Assembly (NCBI GenBank): GCA_963783385.1
Contig: CAWANJ010000006.1
Span: 160,001 to 224,000, forward strand
DNA from: an uncultured Gemmatimonadales bacterium
Lineage (GTDB): Bacteria; Gemmatimonadota; Gemmatimonadetes; Palauibacterales; Palauibacteraceae
Direction: 5' to 3'
DNA: 64,000 bases
The notes beneath the pieces are model-generated. The model was not told where the DNA came from, searched no databases, and saw only the letters and a program-made list of their open reading frames with translations. How positions within the stretch are numbered: position 1 is the first letter of the stretch; each line of letters starts with the position of its first letter. Below are positions 21,127-31,177 of the stretch, piece after piece. The position numbers were made by a program, and so were the translations under genes.

Positions 21127-22854
21127 GTGAACCGCCCGCGCCCCGCCGTCCGTCCCCTGGCCTTTCTCCCGCTTCTCGCCCTGGCCGCCCTGCTCCCGGC
21201 GTGCACGGCGCCGGGGGGAAACGCCACCTCCTTCACCATCTCGTTCCCCGATTCAGCCCACGACGGACCGATCACGGGTCGCGCTTTCGTGATGATCTCG
21301 CGCGACTCGAGCCCCGAGCCACGCTTCCAGGCGGGCCGGTTCTTCGGCTCGGCGCCCATGTTCGCGGTCGACGTCGATTCCCTGGCAGCCGGGAGGCAGG
21401 TGACGGTGGACGCCTCGGCCCTCGGGTTCCCCGTGCACGGTCTGGCCGACCTCCCGGCCGGCGACTACTACGTGCAGGGGATGCTGAACGTCTACACGGA
21501 GTTCCACCGCTCCGACGGCCACACGATCTGGGCGCACATGGATCACTGGGAGGGACAGCACTTCCAGCGCTCCCCCGGCAACCTGTACAGCGACGTCCTC
21601 AAGGTGCACCTGGACCCGGCCCGCGGCTTCCACGTGGCCCTCGACGCGGATCACGTGATCGCGCCCATCCAGATGCCCTCCGACACGAAGTACGTGAAGC
21701 ACATCAAGATCCAGAGCGACCGGCTCACGAAGTTCTGGGGTCACCCGATGTACGTGGGCGCCACGGTCCTCCTCCCGAAGGGCTATGACGAGCACCCCGA
21801 CGTCCGCTACCCGGTGGTCTACGAGCAGGGGCACTTCAATCTGAGGCCGCCGTACGGCTTCAGCCCGGACAGCCAGGCCGTACCGGCCGCCATGCGCGCC
21901 CGGCTGGCCAATCTCAACCGCGAGACCGGCCACCAGTTCTACGAGAGCTGGATGAAGCCCGACTTCCCGCGCATGATCGTGGTGACCTTCCAGCACCCGA
22001 CGCCTTACTTCGACGACTCCTACGCGGTGAACTCCCCCAACAACGGGCCGTACGGCGACGCGCTTCTCGAGGAGCTGGTTCCGTACCTGGAGAGCCACTT
22101 CCGCATGGTCCGACAGCCGTGGGGCCGGGTTCTCACGGGCGGGTCGACCGGCGGGTGGGAGTCCCTCGCCCTCCAGGTCTTCCACCCCGGGTTCTTCGGC
22201 GGAACGTGGACGCTGTATCCCGATCCGGTGGACTTCCGGCACTACCAGCTCGTCAACGTCTACCAGGACTCGAACGCGTTCGTGAGCGGACAGGCCGTGG
22301 GCCGCTCCTCGGGATGGGAGTATCCCGAGCACCCGATGATGCGGACGACCGAGGGACAGCCGCTCCAGACCTACCGGGGGATGAGCCGCATGGAGGCCGT
22401 GCTGGGGAGCCACGACCGCTCCGGCGAGCAGATCGCGGCGTGGGAGGCGGCCTACGGCCCGGTGGGGAAGGACGGCTATCCCGAGCCCGTGTGGGACAAG
22501 CTCACCGGGCACATCGACCACTCGGTGCCCGAGTACATGAAGGAGCACGGCTTCGATCTCAGGGCCTACCTGGCCGCCAACTGGGACTCGATCGGCCCCG
22601 ACCTGGTCGACAAGATCCACGTCGACGTGGGCGACATGGATACTTACTTCCTCAACGTGGCCGTGTACGACCTGCAGGCCTTCCTGGACTCGACCACGAG
22701 CCCGGCGGCCCACGCCACTTTCCGGTACGGCCGGCCCGAGAAGCCGCACGGCTGGCAGCACACGACGACCGCGAACCTGCTGCGGGAGATGGCCGACTAC
22801 ATCACCCGGCACGCGCCGCGGGGCGCCAACACCTCGGCCTGGAAGTACCGGTGA
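21127..22854 (+). CDS. Secreted alpha/beta-hydrolase (esterase-like) lipoprotein
   Basis: Lipobox LPAC; VLLPKGY..YPVVY; GGSTGG nucleophile elbow. Confidence 0.8.
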   Translation: MNRPRPAVRPLAFLPLLALAALLPACTAPGGNATSFTISFPDSAHDGPITGRAFVMISRDSSPEPRFQAGRFFGSAPMFAVDVDSLAAGRQVTVDASALGFPVHGLADLPAGDYYVQGMLNVYTEFHRSDGHTIWAHMDHWEGQHFQRSPGNLYSDVLKVHLDPARGFHVALDADHVIAPIQMPSDTKYVKHIKIQSDRLTKFWGHPMYVGATVLLPKGYDEHPDVRYPVVYEQGHFNLRPPYGFSPDSQAVPAAMRARLANLNRETGHQFYESWMKPDFPRMIVVTFQHPTPYFDDSYAVNSPNNGPYGDALLEELVPYLESHFRMVRQPWGRVLTGGSTGGWESLALQVFHPGFFGGTWTLYPDPVDFRHYQLVNVYQDSNAFVSGQAVGRSSGWEYPEHPMMRTTEGQPLQTYRGMSRMEAVLGSHDRSGEQIAAWEAAYGPVGKDGYPEPVWDKLTGHIDHSVPEYMKEHGFDLRAYLAANWDSIGPDLVDKIHVDVGDMDTYFLNVAVYDLQAFLDSTTSPAAHATFRYGRPEKPHGWQHTTTANLLREMADYITRHAPRGANTSAWKYR

Positions 22855-22977
22855 CGACGGACGTTCGCGCTTCGTCCGCGACCCTCTACTTGTACAACTA
22901 GAGGGAGCGCGAACAGGCTGCCGCGTCGGGGATGGGGTCGCGGTCGGCCAGCCGCCGGGGCCGGCTCCGGGGCCTGC

Positions 22978-23970
22978 TCAGTCGGTATCGAAGCCCAGGA
23001 GGCGGACCGCGTTCCCTCCGAGCACGGCCGCTTCCTCCTCCGCCCCGAGCCCCAGGGCGCGTATCGAGGAGAGCATGGCGTCGAGGCTGCCGATCATGTG
23101 CGGGTAGTCGCTTCCGGCCAGGAGGTGGTCCGTCCCGGCGAACTCGATCGCCAGCCGCAGGGCGGCCGGGTCGAAGTTCACCGTGTCGTAGTAGAACTCC
23201 CGCAGGACCTCGCTCGGAGGTCGGCGGAGTCGCTCCCGGCAGGCCCGGAACGCCTCGAAGCCACGGTCCAGCCGCTCCGCCACGTACGGGATCGTCCCAC
23301 CGAGGTGGCACAGGACCCAGCGGATCCCGGGGAAGCGGTCGGGGATGCCCTCGAACACGAGGTGGGCCGCGGCCAGGGTGGTGTCGGCCACGAACCCCAC
23401 CAGCGGCATCAGCATGTGAGCCTTCATGGCCTCGACGCCGCGCGGATAGGTGGGATGGATGTAGACGACCGAGCCCAGCCGGTCGGCGGTCTCCCACACG
23501 GGCAGGAAACGCTCATCGGCGAGCGGCACGCCCCGCACGTTGCTGAACACCATGACGCCCGGCAGGCCGAGCTCGGCGGTGCAGCGCTCCAACTCCGTGG
23601 CCGCCGCGGCCGGATCCCGCAGCGGCAGGTTCCCCAGCGCCGCGAACCGTCCGCCGCTCTCTCGGGCAGCCGCCGCGAGCTCGTCGTTCACCAGGCGTGC
23701 CAGGGACACGGCCCGCGCGGGAGGGGCGAAGGCGGTGCCCGGCGTGGTCAGGGTGAGGAGCTGAAGGTCCACGCCCTTCTCCTCCAGGACTCGGGCCCGC
23801 ACCGCGAGGTCGCGGTGTCCGGGGACGAGGACGTTGTAGTCACCGGGGTAGTGGAGGACCGGGTTCCCCGCCGCGTCCTCGGCCACGCGCACGTCGGCGC
23901 CCGGCGGGTCGGAGCGGAGCGCCTCGAGGAAGCCGGACGGATAGAAGTGGTTGTGGAAGTCGACGATCAT
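22978..23970 (-). CDS. Amidohydrolase_2 family (ACMSD-like decarboxylase)
   Basis: IVDFHNH, YIHP, HLGGTIPY, YYDT, GSDYPH. Confidence 0.88.
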   Translation of the reverse strand: MIVDFHNHFYPSGFLEALRSDPPGADVRVAEDAAGNPVLHYPGDYNVLVPGHRDLAVRARVLEEKGVDLQLLTLTTPGTAFAPPARAVSLARLVNDELAAAARESGGRFAALGNLPLRDPAAAATELERCTAELGLPGVMVFSNVRGVPLADERFLPVWETADRLGSVVYIHPTYPRGVEAMKAHMLMPLVGFVADTTLAAAHLVFEGIPDRFPGIRWVLCHLGGTIPYVAERLDRGFEAFRACRERLRRPPSEVLREFYYDTVNFDPAALRLAIEFAGTDHLLAGSDYPHMIGSLDAMLSSIRALGLGAEEEAAVLGGNAVRLLGFDTD

Positions 23971-23990
23971 GCCGCAACGTAGCGCGCCCC

Positions 23991-24018
23991 TTGACAGACA
24001 CGCCAGTTCTGTTATCAT
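23991..24018 (+). promoter_or_regulatory. Sigma70-type promoter upstream of the cold-shock gene
   Basis: TTGACA (23991-23996), 16-nt spacer, extended -10 TGnTATCAT (24010-24018). Confidence 0.65.
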
Positions 24019-24074
24019 TGATCCTGAGCGACGATCCACGGGCGCATGCCGGGCACGACCCGGACCAGAGTACG

Positions 24075-24110
24075 AAAGGACCTGGACGCTAATCGTCCCG
24101 GTCCTTTTTT
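24075..24110 (+). terminator. Intrinsic terminator-like hairpin inside the csp leader
   Basis: AAAGGACCTGGACG-ctaat-CGTCCCGGTCCTTTTTT. Confidence 0.6.
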
Positions 24111-24241
24111 CGTAGCTGCGCCGGACGTCGATCACGCCACGCGGAGGGGCGGAGTCCTTCGCACAGAACGATGATCCGCTGGTACGGCACGACCGGACCT
24201 CGACATCGTCAAACAGCACCATTCTTTATTGGAGGAACGGT

Positions 24242-24448
24242 ATGCGTACCACCGGGACCGTGAAGTGGTTCAACGACCAGAAGGGCTTCGGGTTCATCAC
24301 ACTGGACGGCGGCGAGAAGGATTGCTTCGTGCACTTCTCCGCCATTCAGGGCGATGGCTTCAAGTCGCTGGCCGAGGGCGAGCGCGTGGAGTTCGACGTT
24401 GTGCAGGGTCAGAAGGGCCCGGCGGCGGAGAACGTCACCAAGGTTTAA
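24242..24448 (+). CDS. cspA: Cold-shock protein
   Basis: [15 protein letters not shown] and [15 protein letters not shown]; GGAGG RBS. Confidence 0.97.
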   Translation: MRTTGTVKWFNDQKGFGFITLDGGEKDCFVHFSAIQGDGFKSLAEGERVEFDVVQGQKGPAAENVTKV

Positions 24449-24501
24449 GCCCGAACGGTCCGATGGGCTCCGGCGCACGTCGCCGAGCCTGAAGGTCCAG
24501 C

Positions 24502-24539
24502 GGAAGGGGCCGGTCCGATACGTCGGGCCGGCCCCTTTC
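24502..24539. terminator. Hairpin terminator between convergent genes
   Basis: GAAGGGGCCGGTCCGA-tacg-TCGGGCCGGCCCCTTTC. Confidence 0.7.
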
Positions 24540-24544
24540 GCATC

Positions 24545-26668
24545 CTACTTCGTCCACACCAGCAGGACGCCGCAGTCGGATTGCAGATCGCGGTACTGGA
24601 TCGGAGCCGTCTGTGCGCTCGGATAGGCCTCGATCCCTGCGACGGCCGTGGGGTCGAGGTTGAGGACGAAGTCGGCGGCCGTCTGGCCGGTCATCGGAAG
24701 ACCGTTCACGTAGACCCGCGTGGCGCACCGGCGCGGACCCTGTCCGATCGAGATGGTCTCACACCCCACCCCGAACCGGCCCCCGGAGTAGCAGGGCCGC
24801 ACCCTCACGCCGGGCAGGGCACGAAGAGCGCCGCGTACGCCCGCCTGCTCGATCTTGTGCGAGGTGACGTAGTAGCCGGAGCCCGTGGTCATGCGCTGGT
24901 AGAAGCCCTGCACCCCGAGCCGGCGGGCGGATCCACGGACCGCGACCTTGAGGCCCGGGAGCTGGCGAGGTCCTCCCGTCACCTCCAGGACCACGAAGCG
25001 CGTCCCGCCCGGTTGGAGGGCGACGACCATCGTGTCGGCCCGGCCGTCCGTGAGCTGGATCTCGAGGCGCGCCGAGTCCGTCGGGAGATTGGAGAACCTG
25101 AACCCGCCCCCCGCGGTCGTGAGGGTCTCGCGCGCCCTGCCGAGCACGCGGAGGCGCACGGACCCCAGCCCCTGGCCGGAGGCCGAGTCCCGCACGATGC
25201 CCATCAGGGTCGCCGCGCCGCTCACCGAGTCGTGGGTGGCGGCCGCGACGGGCTCGGGCGCGCGCGCCACCAGCTCCAGGCGCTCCTCCTCGCGGTCCCG
25301 CACGTGGACGACGGCCGTCGCCACATCCGCCTCGTCCGCACCGCCACGCACGACCACTTCGTAGTCACCCGGCGGCACGGGGCCGAGCCGAAATCCCCCG
25401 AACGCATCCGCCGTGTCCACGTACGAGGTCCGGCGCAGCCGCACGACCGCGCCCGGAAGGAGGTGGCCCGGCGCACCGGAGTAGGCCACGCCCGATACGT
25501 AGCCGGCCGGCCCCAGGAGCACCGTCCGCCCGCCCGGAAGCCCCGCACTCACGACCTCGCCACCCTCGACGTGATAGACCGTGAACTTCCAGGCCGTATC
25601 CTGGCGCAGTCTGCGCGTGCCCCAGGCCCCCGTGACCACGCTGCGGTCGACCGACTTCCGCCGCGCGGGGGACTGGACCGACCAGCTCGAGACCAGCCAG
25701 GCGCCGTTCGGGAGGCGGTCGAAGGCCAGGTGACCACCAGCCGAATCCGCTCCGGCTGGGAAAACGAGGCCCGTGTACGTGAAGTCCATCGTGCGGAGCG
25801 CCGCCGTGCCGCGGTCCACCCACAGCACGCCGCGAACGTCGGGGATCTTCCGACCCGGCACCGGGCGGAAGGCCAGGCCCACGAGGCCGACGGACTGGCG
25901 GCTCCGGTCGACGCCGAAGCAGTGGTCCGACGCGAAGGAGGGCGACAGCAGCACGTCCGCGTCGGGGGCCTGGAGGGTGTCACCGCGGAGGTAGCCCCTC
26001 GACGAGAGGGTGTCGGCCGGGAGCGTCGTGAACGCGCGGTGCGCCCGCACCACCGCGCTCACGGAGGACCGGGCCACGACCTTGCGGGTCTTCGGGTCGA
26101 GATCCCGCTCGTAGCGGCGCACGTCGAGAGCCAGCCTGCCCTTCTCGGACCAGGCCGTCACGCGGAGGGCTTTCCGCGCCTCGGACCACAGGTCGAGCAG
26201 GCCCTCGTCGGAGCCGGGCGAGCCGCGGCACTGGTCGCCGACCCGGACGCGGAGGTTCTCGAGGCTGACCGCCTGGATCGGCACGACGAAGGTCCGAGAG
26301 ACCGTCGCGCCCGCGGCGAGCTCGATCCGATCCGAGGTCCACGTCCGGTACCCGATGCGCTCGATCCGGACGCGGTAGGTGCCGGGCGCGGGCGCCGCGA
26401 GCGCGAAGGCCCCGTCCTTCCCCGAGAGGGCGGCGTCGGCCCGTCCGCCGGCGCTGTCGAGGAGGGTCAGGAAGGCGCCCGAGGCCGGCGATCCGCTTCC
26501 CTGCTCGAGCACGCGCCCCCGGAGCTGCTGCGCTTCCACGGGTCGCGGTCGCGCGCCGACGGCGGAGAGCGATATCAAGAGGACCGCCGCAAGGATCCCG
26601 AAGCGTCCGATTGGCCGGATCCCGGGTCGAGGTCGGTGCGGGCGATCGGTCCGGAACTCCCGTGTCAC
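24545..26668 (-). CDS. Carboxypeptidase-regulatory-like repeat protein with a C-terminal TonB plug-like domain
   Basis: Signal peptide; repeated GxVxD..GxF..LP/G.Y units; C-terminal ALPGVRV..VYVNG..VAGIEAY..CGVLLVWTK. Confidence 0.75.
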   Translation of the reverse strand: MTREFRTDRPHRPRPGIRPIGRFGILAAVLLISLSAVGARPRPVEAQQLRGRVLEQGSGSPASGAFLTLLDSAGGRADAALSGKDGAFALAAPAPGTYRVRIERIGYRTWTSDRIELAAGATVSRTFVVPIQAVSLENLRVRVGDQCRGSPGSDEGLLDLWSEARKALRVTAWSEKGRLALDVRRYERDLDPKTRKVVARSSVSAVVRAHRAFTTLPADTLSSRGYLRGDTLQAPDADVLLSPSFASDHCFGVDRSRQSVGLVGLAFRPVPGRKIPDVRGVLWVDRGTAALRTMDFTYTGLVFPAGADSAGGHLAFDRLPNGAWLVSSWSVQSPARRKSVDRSVVTGAWGTRRLRQDTAWKFTVYHVEGGEVVSAGLPGGRTVLLGPAGYVSGVAYSGAPGHLLPGAVVRLRRTSYVDTADAFGGFRLGPVPPGDYEVVVRGGADEADVATAVVHVRDREEERLELVARAPEPVAAATHDSVSGAATLMGIVRDSASGQGLGSVRLRVLGRARETLTTAGGGFRFSNLPTDSARLEIQLTDGRADTMVVALQPGGTRFVVLEVTGGPRQLPGLKVAVRGSARRLGVQGFYQRMTTGSGYYVTSHKIEQAGVRGALRALPGVRVRPCYSGGRFGVGCETISIGQGPRRCATRVYVNGLPMTGQTAADFVLNLDPTAVAGIEAYPSAQTAPIQYRDLQSDCGVLLVWTK

Positions 26669-26907
26669 GGGCAGACTGCGCCTCCCCGGGCTGCGAGTGG
26701 CGGAGACGTAAAATGCAAAACTAGAATATCGCCCGGCTGAGCCCCGGCCGGCAATGGCTGGCGCTTCGAGCTGTCCGCGCCCGATCCTCCGCCTGTCTCG
26801 CCGACCCTCGCCCGCCTACCTTTCCTCCGTAACCAGCGCGCCGCCCGGAGCCCAACGACCCGGCTCCGGGGCGGCCCTTCAGGTCCCACCTCATCCGAGA
26901 TGACGCC

Positions 26908-29172
26908 ATGCGCCCTGCACGTCCGAGTTTCCGGGCCCTCCCCGGCCTCCTCGTCGCGGCTCTCCTCGCCCTTCCCGCCGGCGCGGCCGCCCAGCAGCCG
27001 GCGGCGCGCCAGCAGCACAAGCAGGGCTTCGACAGCCTGCGCGAGGCCCTGTCCGCGGCCTCGGAGCTGAGAGGCTCCTCGGGACCGCGGGACGTGAACT
27101 GGATCGACGGTGGCAAGCGCTTCTCGTACACGACCGGCCGGGCCGGGGACGAGGAGATCCGGGCCTACGATCCGGCCACGGGCGAGGATACGCTCCTGTT
27201 CACGGCGAAGGGCCGGACGTTCCCGAGCACGGACTCGCCGTTCACCTACCGCTCCTTCCAGTGGGCCTCGGACTCGCGCCACCTGGTGTTCCAGACCCAC
27301 TTCCAGCCGCTGTACCGGCGCTCGGGCACGGCCGACTTCTACGTCTACTCCCTGGACGACGGATCCATGACCCTGGCGGCGCGCGGCGCGCGCACCGCCG
27401 AGCTCTCCCCCGACGGCTCCATGCTGGGCTACGAGCGGAGCGGCAACATGTACGTGTACGACATGAAGGCCGGGAAGGAGACGCAGCTCACCGACGACGG
27501 CACCGAGCACGTGTTCGACGGGCACTTCGACTGGGTGTACGAGGAGGAGTTCGGGATGGCCCAGGGGTGGAACTGGTCGCCCGACAGTCGTCACCTGGCC
27601 TACTGGCAGCTGGACGACAGCGCCGAGCCGGTCGTCCAGCTCACCGACTACCAGGGGCGCCATCCCGACTGGACACGCATCAAGATCCCCCAGCCCGGCG
27701 ACTCCAACGCCACGGTGAAGATCGGCGTGGTCGACGTGCACTCGGGCAAGAACGTGTGGCTCGACCCGGACCTCCGGGGGGAGTACTACATCCCGCGGGT
27801 CTACTGGACCAGCCGGCCGGACACGCTGGCCGTGGTGACGCTGGACCGCCCCCAGCAGACCATGAAGCTGTTCTTCTTCGACGTGACCACGGGCGGGAAG
27901 CGCCTGGTGCACACCTGGAAGTCGAACACCTGGATCGACGTGTACGACTTCTACGCGGGCATCCAGGACATGCTCACCTTCCCCAGGGGCATGGACCAGT
28001 TCTTCTGGATCTCCGACCAGAGCGGCTGGCAGCACGTCTACCGCTACGACTACTCCGGGAAGCTGGTGAACCAGGTGACGAAGGGGGACTGGACGGTCAC
28101 CCGGGTGGAGGGCATCGACCCGAAGAGCCGTACCGTCTACTACACGTCGACCCAGGTCTCCCCACTCCAACGCGAGATGTACGCGGTGGACTTCGACGGC
28201 TCGCACACGCGACGCCTCACCTCCACCGCGGGCACGCACCACGTCGACATGTCCCCGGACACGCGGTACTACATCGACCGCTGGTCCAGCCTGGAGACGC
28301 CCGCGCAGGTCGAGCTGTGGGCCACGGGCAAGAAGAAGCTCCGCACGATGGAGGACAACGCGAGCGTCCGGCAGTGGCTGGCGAGCCACGAGTACTCGAC
28401 GCCGCGACTGTTCCAGTTCACGACCTCGGACTCGGTGCGGCTCGACGCGTCGATGATCCTCCCGCCGGCGTTCGACTCGACCCGCCGGTACCCGGTCATT
28501 CTGGCCATCTACGGCGGGCCCGGCTCCCAGGAGGTGTACGACCGTTTCGACACCGACTCGTGGGCACAGTGGCTGGCCCAGCAGGGCTACATCGTCGTGG
28601 GGGTCAACAACCGCGGAACCAACAACTACGGCAGCCGGTTCATGAAGATCGTCTACCGGCAGCTGGGGAAGTGGGAGAGCCACGACTTCGCCGAGACGGC
28701 CCGCTACATGGCCCGCCAGCCCTACGTCGACGGAAGCCACATCGCGATCATGGGGACGAGCTACGGCGGCTACAGCACGGTCTACACGATGGAGATGTAC
28801 CCGAGCACCTTCTCCGTCGGGATCGCCAACTCGCCCGTGACGGACTTCAAGCTGTACGACACGATCTACACCGAGCGCTACATGGGCCTCCTGGGAGACA
28901 ACGAGGACGGCTATCGGCAGGGCTCCGCGGTGGATCACGCCGGCGACCTGCGGGGGCACCTTCTCCTCATCCACTCGATGATGGACGACAACGTCCACCC
29001 CCGGAACACGATGCAGCTCCTCACGGCGCTCACCAACGACGGGAAGGACGTGGACCTGAGGATCTACCCGCCGGGTCGCCACGGAGCCGCGTACAACGCG
29101 GCCAGCTACCTGCTGATGCGGAGCGTGGAGACCCGGTTCCTGGATCGCGAGCTGGGAGCCGACCGGCCGTGA
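26908..29172 (+). CDS. Dipeptidyl peptidase IV family (S9B)
   Basis: DWVYEEEF, YGGPGSQ, GTSYGG, YTERYMG, DDNVH. Confidence 0.93.
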   Translation: MRPARPSFRALPGLLVAALLALPAGAAAQQPAARQQHKQGFDSLREALSAASELRGSSGPRDVNWIDGGKRFSYTTGRAGDEEIRAYDPATGEDTLLFTAKGRTFPSTDSPFTYRSFQWASDSRHLVFQTHFQPLYRRSGTADFYVYSLDDGSMTLAARGARTAELSPDGSMLGYERSGNMYVYDMKAGKETQLTDDGTEHVFDGHFDWVYEEEFGMAQGWNWSPDSRHLAYWQLDDSAEPVVQLTDYQGRHPDWTRIKIPQPGDSNATVKIGVVDVHSGKNVWLDPDLRGEYYIPRVYWTSRPDTLAVVTLDRPQQTMKLFFFDVTTGGKRLVHTWKSNTWIDVYDFYAGIQDMLTFPRGMDQFFWISDQSGWQHVYRYDYSGKLVNQVTKGDWTVTRVEGIDPKSRTVYYTSTQVSPLQREMYAVDFDGSHTRRLTSTAGTHHVDMSPDTRYYIDRWSSLETPAQVELWATGKKKLRTMEDNASVRQWLASHEYSTPRLFQFTTSDSVRLDASMILPPAFDSTRRYPVILAIYGGPGSQEVYDRFDTDSWAQWLAQQGYIVVGVNNRGTNNYGSRFMKIVYRQLGKWESHDFAETARYMARQPYVDGSHIAIMGTSYGGYSTVYTMEMYPSTFSVGIANSPVTDFKLYDTIYTERYMGLLGDNEDGYRQGSAVDHAGDLRGHLLLIHSMMDDNVHPRNTMQLLTALTNDGKDVDLRIYPPGRHGAAYNAASYLLMRSVETRFLDRELGADRP

Positions 29173-29236
29173 GGTTGAGCGGGCGGCGCGTGATGGAGGC
29201 GAAGGCCGGAGCGGCGACGGGCGCGGAGAGAACGGT

Positions 29237-31018
29237 GTGACGCACCGCCGCGCCACCTCCCCGGTCCTCGAGTGCCTCCCGTCCGCGGCGGGTGACGCTC
29301 TCGTCGAGCACATCCGGACCTCGATGATCGGGCGCGACGAGGCGGTCGTCGGCCCCTGGGGCCCGCGGCGCGTCACCTACGCGGACTACACCGCCTCCGG
29401 ACGGTCCCTCTCCTTCATCGAGGACTGGATCCGCGACGCGGTCCTGCCCCTGTACGCCAACACCCACACCGAGAGCTCCGGGACGGGCCTCCAGACCACG
29501 TGCTTCCGCGAGGAGGCGCGGGCCATCGTGCTCGAGTCGGTGGGAGGGGAGCCCGACGAGCACGCGGTCGTGTTCGCCGGCTCGGGCTCCACGGCCGCCA
29601 TCGACAAGCTGGTCGGCGTCCTCAACCTCCGGATCCCCAACGACCTGGACGAGCGCCACGGCCTCTCCGACCACATCCCGGTCGAAGAGCGTCCCGTGGT
29701 GTTCGTGGGTCCCTACGAGCACCACTCGAATGACCTCCCCTGGCGGGAGTCGATCGCCGACGTGGTCACCATCCACGAGGACCTGCACGGCGGCATCGAC
29801 CTCGATCACCTGGAGGAGGAGCTGGGCCGCTACGCCGACCGGCCACTCAAGATCGGCTCCTTCTCGGCCGCCTCCAACGTCACCGGCATCGTCTCCAACG
29901 TGTCGGCCGTATCGACCCTCCTCCACGAGCACGGGGCGCTCTCCTTCTGGGACTTCGCCGCCTCGGCCCCCTACGTGGAGATCGAGATGCGGCCCGGGCG
30001 CGGGGAGCGCCCCGAGCTGGACTACAAGGACGCCATCTTCCTCTCTCCTCACAAGCTCATCGGCGGGCCGGGCACCCCCGGTGTGCTCGTGGCGCGCCGC
30101 GCCCTGTTCACCAACCGCGTTCCGGTCGTCCCCGGGGGCGGCACGGTGTGGTACGTGAACCCGACCGTGCAGCGCTACCTGGAGGACCCCGAGCACCGCG
30201 AGGAGGGGGGGACGCCGGACATCATCGGCTCCATCCGCTGCGGCGTCGTGTTCAAGCTCAAGAAGGCGGTCGGCGAGGAGCGCATCCGGGAGCGGGAGGA
30301 GCGCTTCATCCGCCGGGCCATCGCCACGTGGTCCGAGAACGACCGGATCGAGATCCTCGGCAACCGGGAGGCCGAGCGGCTCAGCATCGTCTCCTTCGTG
30401 GTTCGCCACGGGGACGGGCGTTACCTGCATCACAACTACGTCGTCGCGCTCCTCAACGACCTGTTCGGGATCCAGGCGAGGGGCGGCTGCTCGTGCGCCG
30501 GCCCCTACGGCCATCGGCTCCTGGGCATCGACGTGGAGACGAGCCACGAGTTCGAGCGCGAGATCGGGAGGGGCTGCGAGGGGATCAAGCCCGGTTGGGT
30601 GCGAGTGAACTTCAACTACTTCATCTCCAATGCGGTGGCCGAGTACATCCTCGAGGCCGTGCATCTGGTCGCCCGGGAGGGCTGGAAGCTCCTGCCACTG
30701 TATGTGTTCGACCCGATGACGGGGCTATGGCACCACCGGGACGCGCCGGCCCAGCCGGCCATGAGCCTGCGGGACGTGCGGGTGGGCCCGTCGGGCCTCG
30801 AGTACGAGCGGGTGCGCCTCACCGAGCCGGAGACGCGCCTGGCCGACTACCTGGAGGCGGCGCGCCGGGCTTTCGCGGCGGCGGACGCGCGCCGGGCCGC
30901 CGGCGACGTCGCCGGGGCGCACGGCGTTTCCGGCCCTGCCGTCCCCCTGTCGGCCGACTTCGAGCACCTGCGCTGGTTCCCGCTGCCCGAGGAGATCGCG
31001 GCGGCCCCGGCGGGCTGA
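29237..31018 (+). CDS. Class V PLP-dependent aminotransferase / cysteine desulfurase-like
   Basis: YADYTASGR, EHHSN, SNVTG, SPHK (PLP Lys), ARGGCSCAGPYG. Confidence 0.9.
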   Translation: MTHRRATSPVLECLPSAAGDALVEHIRTSMIGRDEAVVGPWGPRRVTYADYTASGRSLSFIEDWIRDAVLPLYANTHTESSGTGLQTTCFREEARAIVLESVGGEPDEHAVVFAGSGSTAAIDKLVGVLNLRIPNDLDERHGLSDHIPVEERPVVFVGPYEHHSNDLPWRESIADVVTIHEDLHGGIDLDHLEEELGRYADRPLKIGSFSAASNVTGIVSNVSAVSTLLHEHGALSFWDFAASAPYVEIEMRPGRGERPELDYKDAIFLSPHKLIGGPGTPGVLVARRALFTNRVPVVPGGGTVWYVNPTVQRYLEDPEHREEGGTPDIIGSIRCGVVFKLKKAVGEERIREREERFIRRAIATWSENDRIEILGNREAERLSIVSFVVRHGDGRYLHHNYVVALLNDLFGIQARGGCSCAGPYGHRLLGIDVETSHEFEREIGRGCEGIKPGWVRVNFNYFISNAVAEYILEAVHLVAREGWKLLPLYVFDPMTGLWHHRDAPAQPAMSLRDVRVGPSGLEYERVRLTEPETRLADYLEAARRAFAAADARRAAGDVAGAHGVSGPAVPLSADFEHLRWFPLPEEIAAAPAG

Positions 31019-31177
31019 GCGGATCTTCTCCCACACTCCCGCACGGCCCTCTCCCGACAGACACCGCGGCGCTCCCCGGACAGGTTGAAGCATGGATGGG
31101 CCCGGGAAGGCGCCGGAGCGCGCCGCGTGGGCGCGCCTTCCACCCTCCGGCCACCCGGGCGAGCGCGGGAGGTCATC

